Below, piece by piece: positions 13,401 through 26,900 of a stretch of DNA of 64,000 bases. Below the pieces are notes generated by a model. That model did not search any database and had not been told where the DNA came from. It was given only the letters and a program-made list of their open reading frames with translations. Source of the DNA: Spirogloea muscicola (lineage: Eukaryota). The DNA is taken from the NCBI GenBank assembly GCA_009602725.1, contig WELB01000005.1:246783-310782 (forward strand), given 5' to 3'. Position 1 is the stretch's first letter; every line of letters begins with the position of its first letter. A program made the translations under genes and the position numbers.

Positions 13401-15600
13401 CCTTCTACCTTTGGACCTTCTACATTTCCTTTCGATGGGCCTTTTGAAGGGCACTGCGCCCTCCTCGGAAGAGCCTATCGCTGAGCTCAGCTGACAAATG
13501 CCGACCTGCTGACAAATGAGGGCTTGTATAGGTCTACGTAGGCCCTGCCAGTCCTGTTGCTTCCTTGCAAGCGTTTGGGCATCAGTTAGCGATCTTTATG
13601 AAAAGAATATGCTAACTCATGGTTATTGAGCGGGTCAGCTTAGCAGCAGGTGATGTAAAGCTGTCCATGTGCTTGCCTTTGTACTTGGCCACTCAGACCC
13701 TCCATCACCGAATGCACACTCCATTCTTGCAAGCAGATCCAATAGCTACAAACAGTGGCTAAGCAATGTAGGATGAAGAGAAGACTGTTAGAGGAATGAC
13801 TTTCGAGCGCTGCGCATCTTAATACAAAGAATTTTTCAGAGTCAGGGCTGGGGGCTCATTGGCCGTACAGGTTGTGAGGGCTACATACGCGCAACCAGCC
13901 TATGGGCGTGCACCAGTCTGTGTGCAGCTAAGCAACACTTGAATTGACTACATCCACTTCAGAGGAAAGCTCGGCAAGTTTGGTTCCTGAGCGGCAGCAA
14001 CTCGTTGAGCTTCTGGCAGTGGCAGACGCGTGTCCCCTTTCTGTTGAGTTCAACTGATAATTCCTATGTGAGAACAGCTGAAAAGGTAGTAGTATGCATT
14101 GATTTTGCCAGGCAGTACGGGTCAGACCCATGAGGTCAGAGAAGTACTGGACGACACTCGCTCTCAGGAAATGTCACAGTCTATTACGAGCCAAGGAGGC
14201 ATGCATGACAATTGCAATTAGATGGCTGCGGTAGTGAGACAACAATCAAGACACTGATGCAATTACCTCCACCTTTATGTGCAACCTGCGCCGCGAAGGC
14301 GACAACCTCCTTAGCTAGAGGCGCGGCAGACCTGGCGGCTGAGCAAGCAGTTGCTGTGTATAATAATAGTGAGAATATTGTGTGTGCACTATCAGGGCCT
14401 GCAGCCTGGCAGCGACTCTGTCGCAGGCAGCGCTCCAGAAGCCAGACAGTACTGACGTGCCTACAAATCTCCGGTCAAGTCTCAGAAATGGGGCACGTCG
14501 CTCAAACTTCAGCACAATGTGCCGCAATGGCAGCAGCCGGGCTCTTGGGGTCCTCAAGTACACACCAAAGATCTGCACAATACGTCCATGGAAGAAGAGT
14601 GCGGGACCACCGTTATGGCTTCGTCACACCAAGCTTGATTCTTCAGAACAATTGAATTCAAAGGCACATCCGATGAGTTGCTATTTTGCGTCAAGTGACT
14701 CACAGTCGTAGTCCCAGCTCCAGGGCTTGCTTACTCTGACCACCGACTGCGCTGCCGGCGCCGGTCACGGGTTGCACAGGGAACTCAAAGTCCCTATGCG
14801 CTGGTCTTTGGAGAGGGTCACGACGAAGGGGTCACAAACGAAGGGGCAACAAATTGGCGCCACGCGGGGGGACTTCAACACGACTCTGACGGCGATGAAG
14901 ATGCCGAAGATCGCACCAGCAGTGGTGAGCATGCCGCAGCGAGCTCAGCGCCGTCCTGGTCAGTTGCGGTGCTACAGCTGCCATCTGGGGGTTGAAGAGG
15001 GCGAGTACTCACCCTTGCGGCAGACGTAAATGCCGCCAAGCTCAATAACTTAAACGTAGAAGGATTCAGAGTAGAGGACTTAAGGTCCCCCACTTTGCCA
15101 GTGGGTGTGCGGGTGGCGTTAAATGCGGCAATAAGAGTTTTTTCGCAGGAATCTCCAATGGCAGCCGAATACGAAGGCGCCAAGCTAGCCGCAATGCGCC
15201 AGCCACGGCCTGGAGGCCGCAGCAGCACGGCAGCGGCGACTGCAGGCGGAAGGGAACGGGAGCAGTGGCAGCACTTATGGGGGCGGCGGCGGTGACGGCG
15301 ACGTTGGACTGCGACGTCATAGGCACGGTCAAGTTCGAGACACTTGCCCGACGGGCACGACGCGCTGGCTCACGAGGCACCTATGACATGGCCCGGAGTG
15401 TCATTCCTGGCGCTCGTGATGCACCAGATAGAGGTCCTCCCAGGTCAGCACCATGTCGGCGTCCACGGTACGTTCCAGCATGGGCGGCCAGCAACCCAGA
15501 GCTCGCTCGTGTTGCCGAGCGAGCGCGGCATCGGGGCCGGCGACGAGCAGCAGCAGCAATAGCAGCATCAGGGGCAACGGTAGCGCCGCCAAGGCACTTA
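10500..15600 (-). pseudogene. Cys-rich repeat secreted/membrane protein, copy A (decayed, split by retroelement debris at ~11940-14300)
   Basis: Signal-peptide-like LPLPLMLLLLLLLVAGPDAALA (~15590-15520). Modules CLVSQRVVPVG, GGPALFFHGRIVQIFGVY, GPANLTCTFKQRTVVVKSNCML and PGRPVCLTDGGAVVAVGSNCVIN, then a hydrophobic C-terminal region. Colinear with copy B; stops and frameshifts present. Confidence 0.55.
11985..13700. mobile_element. Cluster of CRE-like fragments in both orientations
   Basis: DEFVPLAVDLH...LRAGRALAAASG (+), QRAGRALAQANG (-), and several GGGCTGGC-loop-CAGCCC termini followed by GGAGAGC(C/T)ACTT. Confidence 0.7.
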
Positions 15601-16004
15601 CAGAACCTCCTCAGGCGGCGGCGGGCGGCGGCGGGGCCGGGGGCTCCGGCCCTCTTGGAGAAGACTTGGGCGGGGAATCTGGGTAGAGGCGCACTAAGGA
15701 ATCTCAAGCTCGGCGCGTACGTTGACCGCCGGGGCCGCCTGCATGACGGAGCAATCAATTTTGTTCCACGGGTTGACTTTTGAGCGATTGTTTCAACTGC
15801 CTTACATTGGAAGAGCTGTTATTATTGATTCTTAACCTGAAGGATTATGCGCTTTCCTATGGGGGGCCAGTCGTCGGGCAATCTCGTGGCTCCCTTTCTC
15901 TACCTGCCAAGGATGCTGATGTGGCTAAATACGTGATTGTACAAGGGGTTGTCATTGTCCTTGTTAAAGGGGTTGTTATGGTCCTTAGTGAGGTGAAATA
16001 GCTC

Positions 16005-16085
16005 TTCTAATGTAAGGGAATGGCAGTGAGAGGCTAGCCCACAAGCAATGAACGAGGGCCGAAGGGGCCGGAATGCGCTAAAGTA
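16005..16085 (-). mobile_element. Short CRE-like 3'-terminal fragment
   Basis: GGCAGTGAGAGGCTAGCCCA..GAAGGGGCCGG resembles the shared terminus. Confidence 0.45.
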
Positions 16086-18019
16086 AACACGACATACAGT
16101 TGAAGACAATCGCCGATGCTGCACCTCCACTCCCCAGCGCCGCACTGGCCTTTGGCCCCATCAGCTTCGTGCTACCCGCGCCGCACGAAGAGAAGCCCAC
16201 CAAGTGGACCGACATACGACCCAACGAGGCATTCCGTTGTGGTAGAGGGAAAGTTTGATGGCCCCTCCATCTTGGCCACATTCAGGCTTCGCTTTGTGTA
16301 TGCCCATCCTATCATAGCGCGGCCTAAGGGAAGTGAGTCAGGACAATGTCATTCAACCAAACGACTAATCGTCAGCAGTCGGGACAGCCATCCACGTGCA
16401 GCTGGGCGTTCGGACGTAGTTGGCGCTCGTATGTGAGCTCCTAGATGTGCCGCTGTCGGCACACCTCTCTAAATCAAGCCGACAGCTTTGCAAAGTATGG
16501 CAAAGGCACCGTCCAAACGAAAGAGAGGCTTTTCAAAATGGGGCAAGGGCTGGGAAAAGCCAGCCCAGCAGGTGCTCACAAAGGAGTGCGGACTATTTCC
16601 ACACGCTCAGCTACGTGGGTGGCTGTCATAACGACTGGCGGTCATAGGTTGGGGTTACTTGCATTGTCCTCACCACTCCCAGCTCGCCCACTACAAGATG
16701 CAGCTCCGAAAACGTGCATGGCAAGCTCGTCTTCTGCGTGACAGCGGTCAATTTCAGCCCTATGGCCATATGGTGTGTGGTTATGCACCACCTTCCTGTG
16801 TGAATGCTTCCTGTGGCATTTCGTGTCTGCATATGTTACATCGTTGTGGACATTACTTCTGTTGGGCTTTGTCCCTCTCTTCCGAGTCCTTTGTCACTGT
16901 TACTACTTTGTTACTCATGCACTGTTGCTCTTTCAGTGTTACACTGCTACCGTCATACACGACCCTTTGTAAGGAAGTCCGTAATACGTTCCTGAGGAAA
17001 AGGAAATGTAAGACTTGTAAGACTGTTTTAGTGTCAAGCCCACCCATAAGAAATTCTCAAAACGCCATCATATCAGTAAGGTCACGCATGTATAGCTTGT
17101 TCAGTACTTATAGAGCTATTCCCTAGGTTTAAGCATACATGCTGACACGAATAGATGTGATTCATTCGCCTGCGATGTGGACGAGGACTTCTTAGTTACT
17201 TACCTGCTGATCTAGCCTATCGGCGTCGCATGATAGTAGACGGATGGCATGAAACCATGACATCGCTGTCTACATTCTCGGGTCTGGCCTTTCACAGCAA
17301 CCAAGTTCCATTGAAATCTCTATCTTTGATAGCGTCTACTACCAGCTTGTTCACCTTGCACCTTGCATTGGCACCTCGAGCAACCTCTGGCGCCTATCTC
17401 GCACTTACTCGCACCCGTGCCAGCTGGCCCAACTGCCTACAGTGCCACCTCAGCAAGTACATCTGATTCTTTCAAAATGTCACCAGCAACATTTCTTTCA
17501 GCCACTGTCCCATGACCACGATTGTGAACAATTCTGTTGAATGTCCTGGCTTTAACAGTAGTAAATGGTACGGACGTAGGGCATGGTCTTTACTATTCAA
17601 CTGGTCTCAATGCCCTCACAATGACTAGGTCTACATCTACCCTGCCATTCAACTCAGTGCTTCTTGCAAGCAGGTGCACATCCATTCGCAATCCGAAGCT
17701 GGGCCAGCAATAGCACTTCACATGAGTAGGGACTTGGCCACTTAGAGTGGCACTTGAAGCGTGCAAGTAATTTGTGGAAGAAACAAGTATGAGGATTATC
17801 TTGATAAGAATTTGTGCCATTGCTAGGACAAGCTGATATATTAAGTAGAAGCTGATATATGGCACAGCGGAATGCGTGGTACAGCTGCAGCAGGCTTTGC
17901 TGCGCAAGAAAAATAAATAAATGAATATCTACACACGATGATGCAAAAGTCCATGCCCAGTGGCTGCGTTGACTTATTTGTCCTTGCAAGTGGTATTTGC
18001 TACTGGTACTCATCATACA

Positions 18020-20151
18020 ACGATATGGAAGATATGAAGGTGAATAAAAGTTGCGGCAGTCCATCTATTACCAGTGTGATTTTCACCACCCTAATGGGCA
18101 AGGTAATAAGGAATCAATCACATTCCGCCTGCAAAACGGGCAGCAAGTTGCAATCAGAAACGCGATGACAAGACAAGGTAAATGACAAGTAGCTGCGGCA
18201 GCAAGATTGGCTCCTCTATTCTTGCAACAGACTGCAACTGCAACTCAGCAAGGACGTGGCCCAACTTACAACATGCCACAATTTGAACCAAGGAACAAAG
18301 CATAGAAGGTGGTTGAAATATAGAATGCAAAGCTCACGCTTCGGACGGTGGCCGCAGAGGCAGTAGCCAGGCTTGGCGGGGTTGCTGAACCACACCCCGA
18401 ACAGCCCCTGAGGATGTGCATGATGTGCACTGTCAGACCCTGGGCATGCTCACGTGTGAACAGTAGGATGACGGCCTTCAAGTATTCATGAAGACAAGGA
18501 ATTGACGGCAATAACCAAGTGAATGGCAATGTAGGAGAGCATTGACAATGCGCGCGCTGGCAGAAGTTATGACCTTGCTGGCGTTGACAATGCAATTGCT
18601 GGCAATGGGGACAACTGCGCCGCCATCTGTGCGACAGGTTGGATTGCCGGGGCTGTTGTTGCTCACGGGAGCTGAGATTGGCGCTGCCAAAAAGAAGGGG
18701 AAAGTCAGGCACGGGCCTCCACGGGCTGTGAAGGATGTCCTGTAAGGGCTGTAAAGTTGCAATGAAGCTCTGAGTGGGAGCTGTGTGCAGCTTCAAATTG
18801 AGTGGTCAACTCTGATTGGAGACAATGCTTGAGGAGCACAGGTGCTTATAATGGCAGCAACTCACTGGGCTTCTGGCAGATGCACGTCCCCTTGCGCAAG
18901 GGGTTCAGCTTGTAATAACCATATGACTGCGGGAAATAGAGGCAAGTGTCAGGCTGTGCACTGAGTAACCCGCATTGTCTTGTTGGTCAGAGCAATGAGG
19001 TTGGACGGGTGCTTGGTAGCAGTTTTGTTCTCCAAGTATGTTGCAGTCCAATCAGCCACTTAGTGTATCTGCGACTTGCGCCTATGTGCTTGCGGACACG
19101 CAGGCATCATCCATGACTCTAATGCAGTCACAATAAGCTCCAACTTACTACATGCGGGGCCATAGCAAGAACCCTCTTGGGCGAAGGAGCAGGATAGACC
19201 TGGGGGCCAAGAGCACAGTTGCTGTACACAATGACAGTGAGGCCGTTGTATGTGCACGTGGGATTGCCAGGGCCTGCCCGCGGCTTCGTGGCAGGGGGGG
19301 CTGCAGACACACAACAGGATGCCGCGCTTACAACTCCCAGGCGAAGTCCACGACAGAAGGTGTCCCTACACCACATGTTGCACAGAGGTGACATAGAGAT
19401 GGGGTGTGTCGCTCACGCTTGGGAGCGACCTTGACACAGAGGCAGTGGCCGGGACTCTTGGGATTCACGACGTACACGCCAAAGGTCTGCACAGGACGTC
19501 CAGCCGAGAAAATTGTGGGGTTGCCACGACAACCTCATCACAACAAGCCAATCACCGTTAGGAGCAGACGACTGCAGATAGCATCCTAAGGGCTGCTGTT
19601 GTTGTCAAGGCAGTGCAAGATTCAGATGTCAGCGCCAGTGCTTGGCTGCTCTGAGCACCATGCGCTGCCGACCCTGTTCCAGAACTGCCGAGAGCCTCAC
19701 CGACGCAGTGAGCTGGCAGTTGGAGGCGGGCGCAACGACAGCGCCGCGGGGCGTCACGCAGGTGGGGTTCCCGGGGGCCTTGGACGCCTTCGCTGGCGGC
19801 GGCGGCGATGCTGGGAGACGCCACCACAGGTAACGTCAGTGGGCTCGCAGCGGCCAGCCGAGTGCCACAAGCGACGCCGCCGGCAACGTCAGTGGTTTCG
19901 CGACGGCTAGCCGAATGCCACAAGCGACACCGCAGCTGCTGCTGGGGGGGCGAGCTCTCACGCTTGCGGCAGACGCAATTGCCGCCAGCCCCAACGATAT
20001 AGATGCCATAGTTCTGCACACCGGCGGCGTCAGCTGAGGCGTCAGAGCTCAAGGGGCGCTGGCGGCGGTAGAGCTCCAGGCTCCGAGCTGTAGCCGCCAT
20101 GAACGCCGCCAGCCATGGCCTAGAGGCAGGCAGCGGCACGGCGGCGGCGGG

Positions 20152-20182
<31 letters not shown>

Positions 20183-20287
20183 TTAGACCTGGTTGAAGGG
20201 GGAGGAGGCGGTGGCGGCGGTGACGGCGCAGTTGCTGCCAACGGGCACGGCGTGCCCGCCCACGAGGCACGTCGGGTTGCCGGCGGC
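18020..20287 (-). pseudogene. Cys-rich repeat secreted/membrane protein, copy B (5' end runs into a gap; probably decayed)
   Basis: Four modules: AGNPTCLVGGHAVPVGSNCAV, GNPTIFSAGRPVQTFGVYVVN, GPGNPTCTYNGLTVIVYSNCAL and PGNPTCRTDGGAVVPIASNCIVN. GNCVCRK and GTCICQK motifs each end at a GTGAG donor, as in copy A. Hydrophobic tail. Confidence 0.55.
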
Positions 20288-20554
20288 NNNNNNNNNNNNN
20301 NNNNNNNNNNNNNNNNNNNNNNNNNNNNNNNNNNNNNNNNNNNNNNNNNNNNNNNNNNNNNNNNNNNNNNNNNNNNNNNNNNNNNNNNNNNNNNNNNNNN
20401 NNNNNNNNNNNNNNNNNNNNNNNNNNNNNNNGGGCGCCGCCCGACGGGCGCGTCGGGCGCAACGGGCCGGGGCGCGGGGACCGCATCACATCGCCACGTG
20501 GCGCCGGCGCCAAAGCGCGCGCCTTGACGGCTGCGGCCCCCCGCCCTGCGCTCG

Positions 20555-23000
20555 CTAGAAAGTGGCTCTCCCAATGTGGGCTACGGCTGTGAGCAGCCAG
20601 CCCGACAAGAGTCGACAAGGTTATACTAGACACAAGACGGTGCAACGGGAAACTCAGTAACCTGCCGCTGCTAAGCAGGCGTAGGTTGGAGAAACTAGAG
20701 GGTTGGCATCTTCGTGGAGGCCGCTTACACTGTGGCGCTCGGGAATGCCAGCACCATGCCTCCGACCGTTGGGGCGGATGGCCGCCTCCACACCCGGCGC
20801 GCGCCGATCTCGTCGCCAGCGCGCTCGGCGGGGGGCCTCCGCTCATTGCCGACGTTGTCACGACTGACTGTGTTGATTCCAGGAGCGCCAAACGCTCGTC
20901 GGCAGAGGCGTCGGCGGGCTACGCAGTCCGCCTCGCGGCGGACGCGAAGGAACGGAAGAGCAAGCGCGGCCAGATTAACTGGTGGCTGGGAGAGGCCAGC
21001 CCAAAGGTCTGAAGGACAAGGTCTGAAGGAGTCGGAGTGCTAAGGACACGGAACGGAAATACTCGGACCCACCCGTGGGGAGACGAGTTTGTCCCGCTCG
21101 CCGTCGACGTACACGGCCGCCTTTTGGCACGAAATGGCTTGACCTGCTTCACCGCCTTGCGCGGCGTGCAGCGGCCCGCCGCCACGGGCAGCAGGGCGCG
21201 CAGCCTGGCTTCAATGTCGCCGGGTCTCTCGCTCAAGTCTTCTGGATGCGCTCGGCCATCTCTTTGCAGCCGTCCTTACTCGCGCGAGCAGGCCGTGCTA
21301 TGGCCGCCGCCTCTGGGTCTCGGCGGAGTGCCTCTTTCCCTGCAGCGAGCTACTCAGACCTGATGTTGCTCACTCGTGGGTACTGAGCTTCCCTCTGCAT
21401 CGTCTATGTGTTTTGCAGTGTTTTGTAGTGTACTTCTTTTTCCGGCTCCTCTTTCTTTAGCTTTAGACATAGTCTATTCTTTTTTGGGCTGGCAAAGCCA
21501 GCCCCTCTTCTCCATGGGCGAGCACTTTCTTCTTTGCAGCGGTCCCTTGCCTTCGCGGTTCACTTGCGCGCAGGCCGCGCTTTGGCGGCGGCCTCCGGCT
21601 TCCGTCAGGGCGACGTCTTTCCGCCAGCTAGCTATTCAGACTTGCATCTTCTGACTAGATTTCACTGAGAGTCCCCTTTGCTGATGCCTTAGTCCTTCGC
21701 ACTCCGGCTCCTTCAGACCTTGTCCATTCCTTTTGAGCTGGCTTCTCCCAGCCACCAGTCAATCTGGCCGCGCTTGCTACTGAATGATCAATCCACATGG
21801 TGACGTGTCAAACGAGAAAGACTCTTCCAGTAAGGGGCGATGAGCCGTCTCTTCCAGACCTTGGAAGAAAGACGCTTCCAGGAACGGGCAGTGGCTGTGA
21901 GAACAAGTGGCTCTCCCAATGGGGGCAAAGAAAGAAAGTGCTCGCCCGCAGTGCTAGAGAGAGAGAAGAAGTGGCACTCCCAATGGGGGCAAGGGCTGTG
22001 AAAGGCCAGCCCGAAAAGAATTGACAAAGGTTCGAAGGGGCCGAATGATGGAGGGGCCAAAAAGCGCTAAGCAGCTACGAAGGGGCCTGAAGATGCTGTG
22101 TCAGAACGGGGGAGCAGGGACCACTCAGTAGTTACGAGTGAGGAGCCTCAAATCCGGCAGACTAGCTGCCGGAAAATTATTCCCCTGCCTAAAGCCGGAG
22201 GCCGCAGCGAGAGCACGGCCAGCACGCAGATGCAAGGCGTGGGCCATGGACCGCTGAAGGGAGACTGACAATCGCATGCGGTATACCTGGGCCCACGAGC
22301 CAGCGGCGTTGAAGTCAGCCGGCTCACCGCGCCTGCGGGACACAGCGCGCCGCGCAAGCCTGGCCAGCAGGTCGAGCCACTGGGACCGAGAGCCCCGTGC
22401 TTAGCCAGGGGGACGAACTCATCTGCAGCCGGGTGGTCGGCGTGTTTGGCCGCCTTGCTGCGAGCGGCGCCTTCGCCGCGGCGTGGCCAGCCCGCGAGGC
22501 AGTGCTAGGCCATGGTGGCTGAGAGGCCAGCCCAGTTGGAAGCGTCTTTCTTCTTGTTCAACAAGAGAAAGAACAGCGCTTCCAAATTGACTGGTGGCTG
22601 TGAGAGGCCAGCCCAAAGAAATAGACAAGGTCTTTAGGGGCCGGATGGCGTAAAAAGGCAAGACACTATGAGATAGAGCTGCTTCTTAAGAAGTAAGCTG
22701 TCAGCTTCCAATGGGGCGAGGGCTGTGAACACAGCTCATCCAAAGGGGGCTGTGAAAAGCCAGCCCTTTGGACCTTGAGATTCAAAAGGCTGCTTCTATG
22801 GAAGAGTTATTCTGTATATTTGCGCCCTCTAGTAAGAAAGAGCGAAGATACTTGGCCGGTCTTTCATAGCCGCCCTTGCTTAGAGCCTTTTATATAAAAG
22901 GCATGACGAGGTCTAAGGAAATAGTACGTGTATTTAAAACGAACGAAGGCCAAATGGCCAAAATCTAAGGGGGATCTCTGCATATGGAGGGGAGCAACTT
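20555..23000. mobile_element. Dense cluster of CRE-like RLE-domain and 3'-end fragments
   Basis: RADLVASALGGGPPLIADVV..AGYAVRLAADAKERK, DEFVPLAVDVHG, and several ASYSDLxxLTRxY* ends (21386 +; 22125 -), with many terminal motifs. Confidence 0.8.
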
Positions 23001-23965
23001 AGTAAGACAGAGTGCTGCCGAGGATTGTCACTCCCTTAACTCCTAGTGCACAGCGGCAAGCCGGAAAGTGACGGCGCTCCTAAGGAGGCCGTGGCTGTGA
23101 CGAGTCAGCACCAGGACTTGGTATGTATGAGAATCATCCATGGACGAGCACACCAGAGCTATGTGAGTAGCCAGTGCAGTCCACAAGGAGAAAGCAAGAG
23201 GAGGGCGCAGGCCTACTGTAGCGGCCTGGCCGCATCTGTACACAGCAGTTTCAGCTCGCTTGTGGTAGGTGGGCAGTGTATACAGCCACCTAACCAGCTA
23301 CGACGATGTGGTGGAAGCAAGGCCTGTCTCGGCCATCATGCCACAATACCAACACCCCAACCGCCTAGTGTGGCCATCACAAGCTGTTGCTGCAATGGCT
23401 CGGAGCCTCTCACCATCTTCACTTGTCCGAAAAGACATGATACTGTCGTTAGGTGCTTAACCGACACTTTCCTGTTGGCTTGTGGAGACATGTGATATGC
23501 AGACATACATGGGTGGCTCATGACTCCGTCCGAAGGGGCTACTTCATTTAAAGCTCTGAAGTAGCCCCCTCTCCCCCCCCCCCGAAGAACGCCTACTACA
23601 GGTGAAAGCTTGATCTCAAACACACAGGTACCTGGCTAGCATCTAAGGAGTTTAGATCCCACCAGGCTCACTATCTCAGCAGAAGTGATCTAGTCATGGC
23701 GACTGGAGCTTATTAGTTCTTCACTCTCCAGCGTAGAACAGTTTTACTTGCAGTGCATCAGCATACTGCGCTCATCTCAGTGCAATTTTTGGGTTCCACA
23801 CATGGTGCTGACCCTTACTGCATGCTTCTCAATCCATAAGCCGGCCAGCCAAGACACTAACAAAGATCGAAGCACTTACTATAACCAGGGACTGCCTGAG
23901 GCATTGTTTGTGAATTCTAGAGGCTTATTCAAAGAATTTGCAGGGGTGATCAGAAAGTCGGGCAA

Positions 23966-26900
23966 TTACGCTGTGACAGCTGTGGTTTTCTCATTGTGGT
24001 TCACGTCTCCATCGAGGCTCTGCTGCTGATGCCACAGCTGCGCATATCGTCCATCTTGGTGCATCAGCTCATCGTGAGACCCCCTCTCCACAACCTGCCC
24101 GTGCTCGAGCACCACAATCTGGGGCAGAGTGCAAGAAGAGATGCAAGCTCAGTAGCTTTCGGTGCCAAAGTCAGCAGGCTAAAGCATGGCCTATTCGAGA
24201 AGTAATCTCCCGCACTTCCATTGGGTGTCACAAGCAGTAGAGACAATCAGCAGGTCCTGACAGAAGCTGTGTCTGTGCCACACTAGTCATCGCTATACAA
24301 GAACCCTCAGTCTGCACCCTTGCCAACCTCGTCGCATTGCATGGCGGTAGTGAGCCGGTGCGCAACAAATATGGACGTGCGGTTCTGAGCCAGTGCCCGA
24401 AGAGCAGCCAGGATGTCAGCCTCAGTCGTGCTGTCCAGGGCGCTGGTGGCCTCGTCACACAGCAGGATGGCAGGGGACTTGAGGAAGGCACGGGCGAGCG
24501 CGACGCGCTGCTTCTCGCCACCGCTCAACTTGAGGCCCCTTTCGCCCACTTGTGTCCCATAACCCTCGGGGAAGCGCAGGATCGCTTCATGTATGGCCGC
24601 CTGCTTGGCTGCGTCGTGCACCTGCCACAACTCATGGCTACATGAGTCTACATGAGGCTACATGGGGTTTTCTGTACTCATGAGAGGTCCAAGGGGCAGG
24701 CTTTCTATCTGCCTGTTGCAAGGAGGTCATCAGCAGATGGAGCATGCAAGCAGCATCGCTGGCGCCGTCATGCTCACCTCCTCCTCGGTTGCAGAAGGCC
24801 GACCATACTGAATGTTGTAAAAGATGGTGTCGTTGAAGAGCACCGTGTCCTGCGGTACAACCCCAATGGACGACCTGAGACTCTCCAAAGTCACGTCCCT
24901 CGCATCTTGCCCGTCAACGATAACCTGCAAAGTTGGAGGCTGCTGTGAAAATCTCAACCTCAGCTACCACATTCCTTGACAAGCAACAACAAATTGTGCA
25001 CCAGAACCTGAGCAGGCACTGCCCACAGCAGTAAATTGTCAATTCAGTAATGCTCAAAAACAAAACTCAGGGCAGGATTTCCTTGCTTGATCCCGACTCA
25101 CAGCGCCTGCTTCAGGGTCGAAGAAGCGGTAGAGCAGGCGCAGAATTGTGGATTTGCCGCTGCCGCTGGAGCCAACTATGGCCACGCTCTTGCCACCGGG
25201 GACGGTGAGGTTGACTCCGTCCAGGATCGGCCTCTTGTGTAAGTAGCCGTACTTCACGTCCTTAAGTTCAATGGTGCCGCTCTGCAGCTGCAGCGGCTTT
25301 GCACCAGGCTTGTTGTAGACGCCTGGCTCTACCTGCAATGACGTGACCGCAGGCAAGTAACTATGTCAGGAACACGAGATGTTGAAGGAGTGAGGTCTCA
25401 AGTGATTCTCACTCTTGGCTTCTCGGCTAAATATTGGATTGCAGGTAAAGGCCTTAGTAGTGATCCTGATAACAGCCACAAACACAAGTGCCACATTACA
25501 TAAGCCTCTCGGGTTTTTGTATGAAGAACTTGATAAGTAGTATAGTAAGTAAGTAGTAGTAGTATCCTGCCTCCAAAAGAGAGAACATGGCCTGCATGTC
25601 GATCAAGCTCTGCCGCGTCTCGCGGTACACGGAGCCGAGGAAGTTGAGGGGCAGCGAGAGCTGAAAGAGAAGCCCGTTGACCATGACCTGCAGCCGTGCC
25701 AGCGGCACTGATGAGACCAATCTTAATCAGTAAGCTCTGCTCAATAAATCTATTCTGAACAAGTCTATGCCTGCTCTGAAGAGCACGGCAAACATAGAGC
25801 CTGGCGACATTTGCAGCTGTGCCAAGTTGCTTGCCTAGCCAACTCAGCCTCGTGCTCTGGGTGGCTTGCTTGTTTTGACTGGGGTTTGGCAGCAGTAGCA
25901 GGCAAGCACGAGCAAGCTTGTTCAGCCATCTGATAGAAGCCCTTACAACAGGTACTCATCTCTTTCCTTCTGCCCAGTGGTAATGGCCTACCAGATCTCC
26001 AATGGACATGGTGCCGGCCACGATGCCGTTGGAGCACATGATCATTGCAGCGACGAGCGCGGAGCTGAAGATGGCATTTTGGCCAAAGTTGAGCAGCGAG
26101 AGGCTGGTCTGCGTCTTTAGGGATGCATCCTCATAATCTGCACAGTGGGCCAGACGTCAATCTGCATCCCCAGATCCACTCTATAGCACATGCTCAAGTG
26201 ATGCTCTGCCACTTCCTGCGGCCATGTCACGACCTATCTTCATAGCGTGGGGTCTAGTAATAATCAGATCAAAGGTACAGACCTCTCAAGTACTTGTCAT
26301 AGCGTTCAGCCTCGAGCGCCTCGTTGTTGAAGTACTTAACGGTCTCGTAGTTGATCAGCGAGTCGACGGCGCGGGAGCTCGCTGCATTGTCGGCCTGGTT
26401 CATCTGCTGCCGAAATTTGGTCCTCCACTGCATTGATGGTGCCAGGTAGTCCATATTGCAAGGTTTGATACAGACTTCTTGGCTACTAGCGTAGCAGTCA
26501 CATACATGCAAGTTGCATCATACTTTTATCAAAAGAAAGATTTTGGTAATCTTCTGAGTCCGCAGGGACAAGCAAGCAGCAACCTCTCAATAAAAGTCGT
26601 CTTAAGTCTAGGCCCTAATGTTTGACCTTATATTCACCTGCGTAACCACGAGCGTAAAGGCAGTGTACGCAGCAACAGTGGCGGACGTGATGAGAGCAAA
26701 CGGCGAGCCAAACTTCCAGGCGAGGATGCCGGCGACCAGAGTGATCTCCAGCACCGTCGGAACGACGTTGAAGACCATGGAAGAGAGGATGAAATTGATG
26801 CCACGCGTACCGCGGTCAATTGTGCGGCTGAGCGCGCCAGTCTGCCTGCTCAGGTGGTAGCTGAGGTCCAGGTTGTGGAGGTGGAGGAAAACCTGCACAT

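Noticed and set aside
16100..17550. Several short ORFs between the two Cys-rich paralogues
   Set aside because: No recognisable motifs or consistent exon structure; possibly old TE debris.
20288..20431. ORFs spanning the N run
   Set aside because: Artefacts of translating through an assembly gap.
23040..23620. Short ORFs downstream of ATM3
   Set aside because: No recognisable domain or splice chain.
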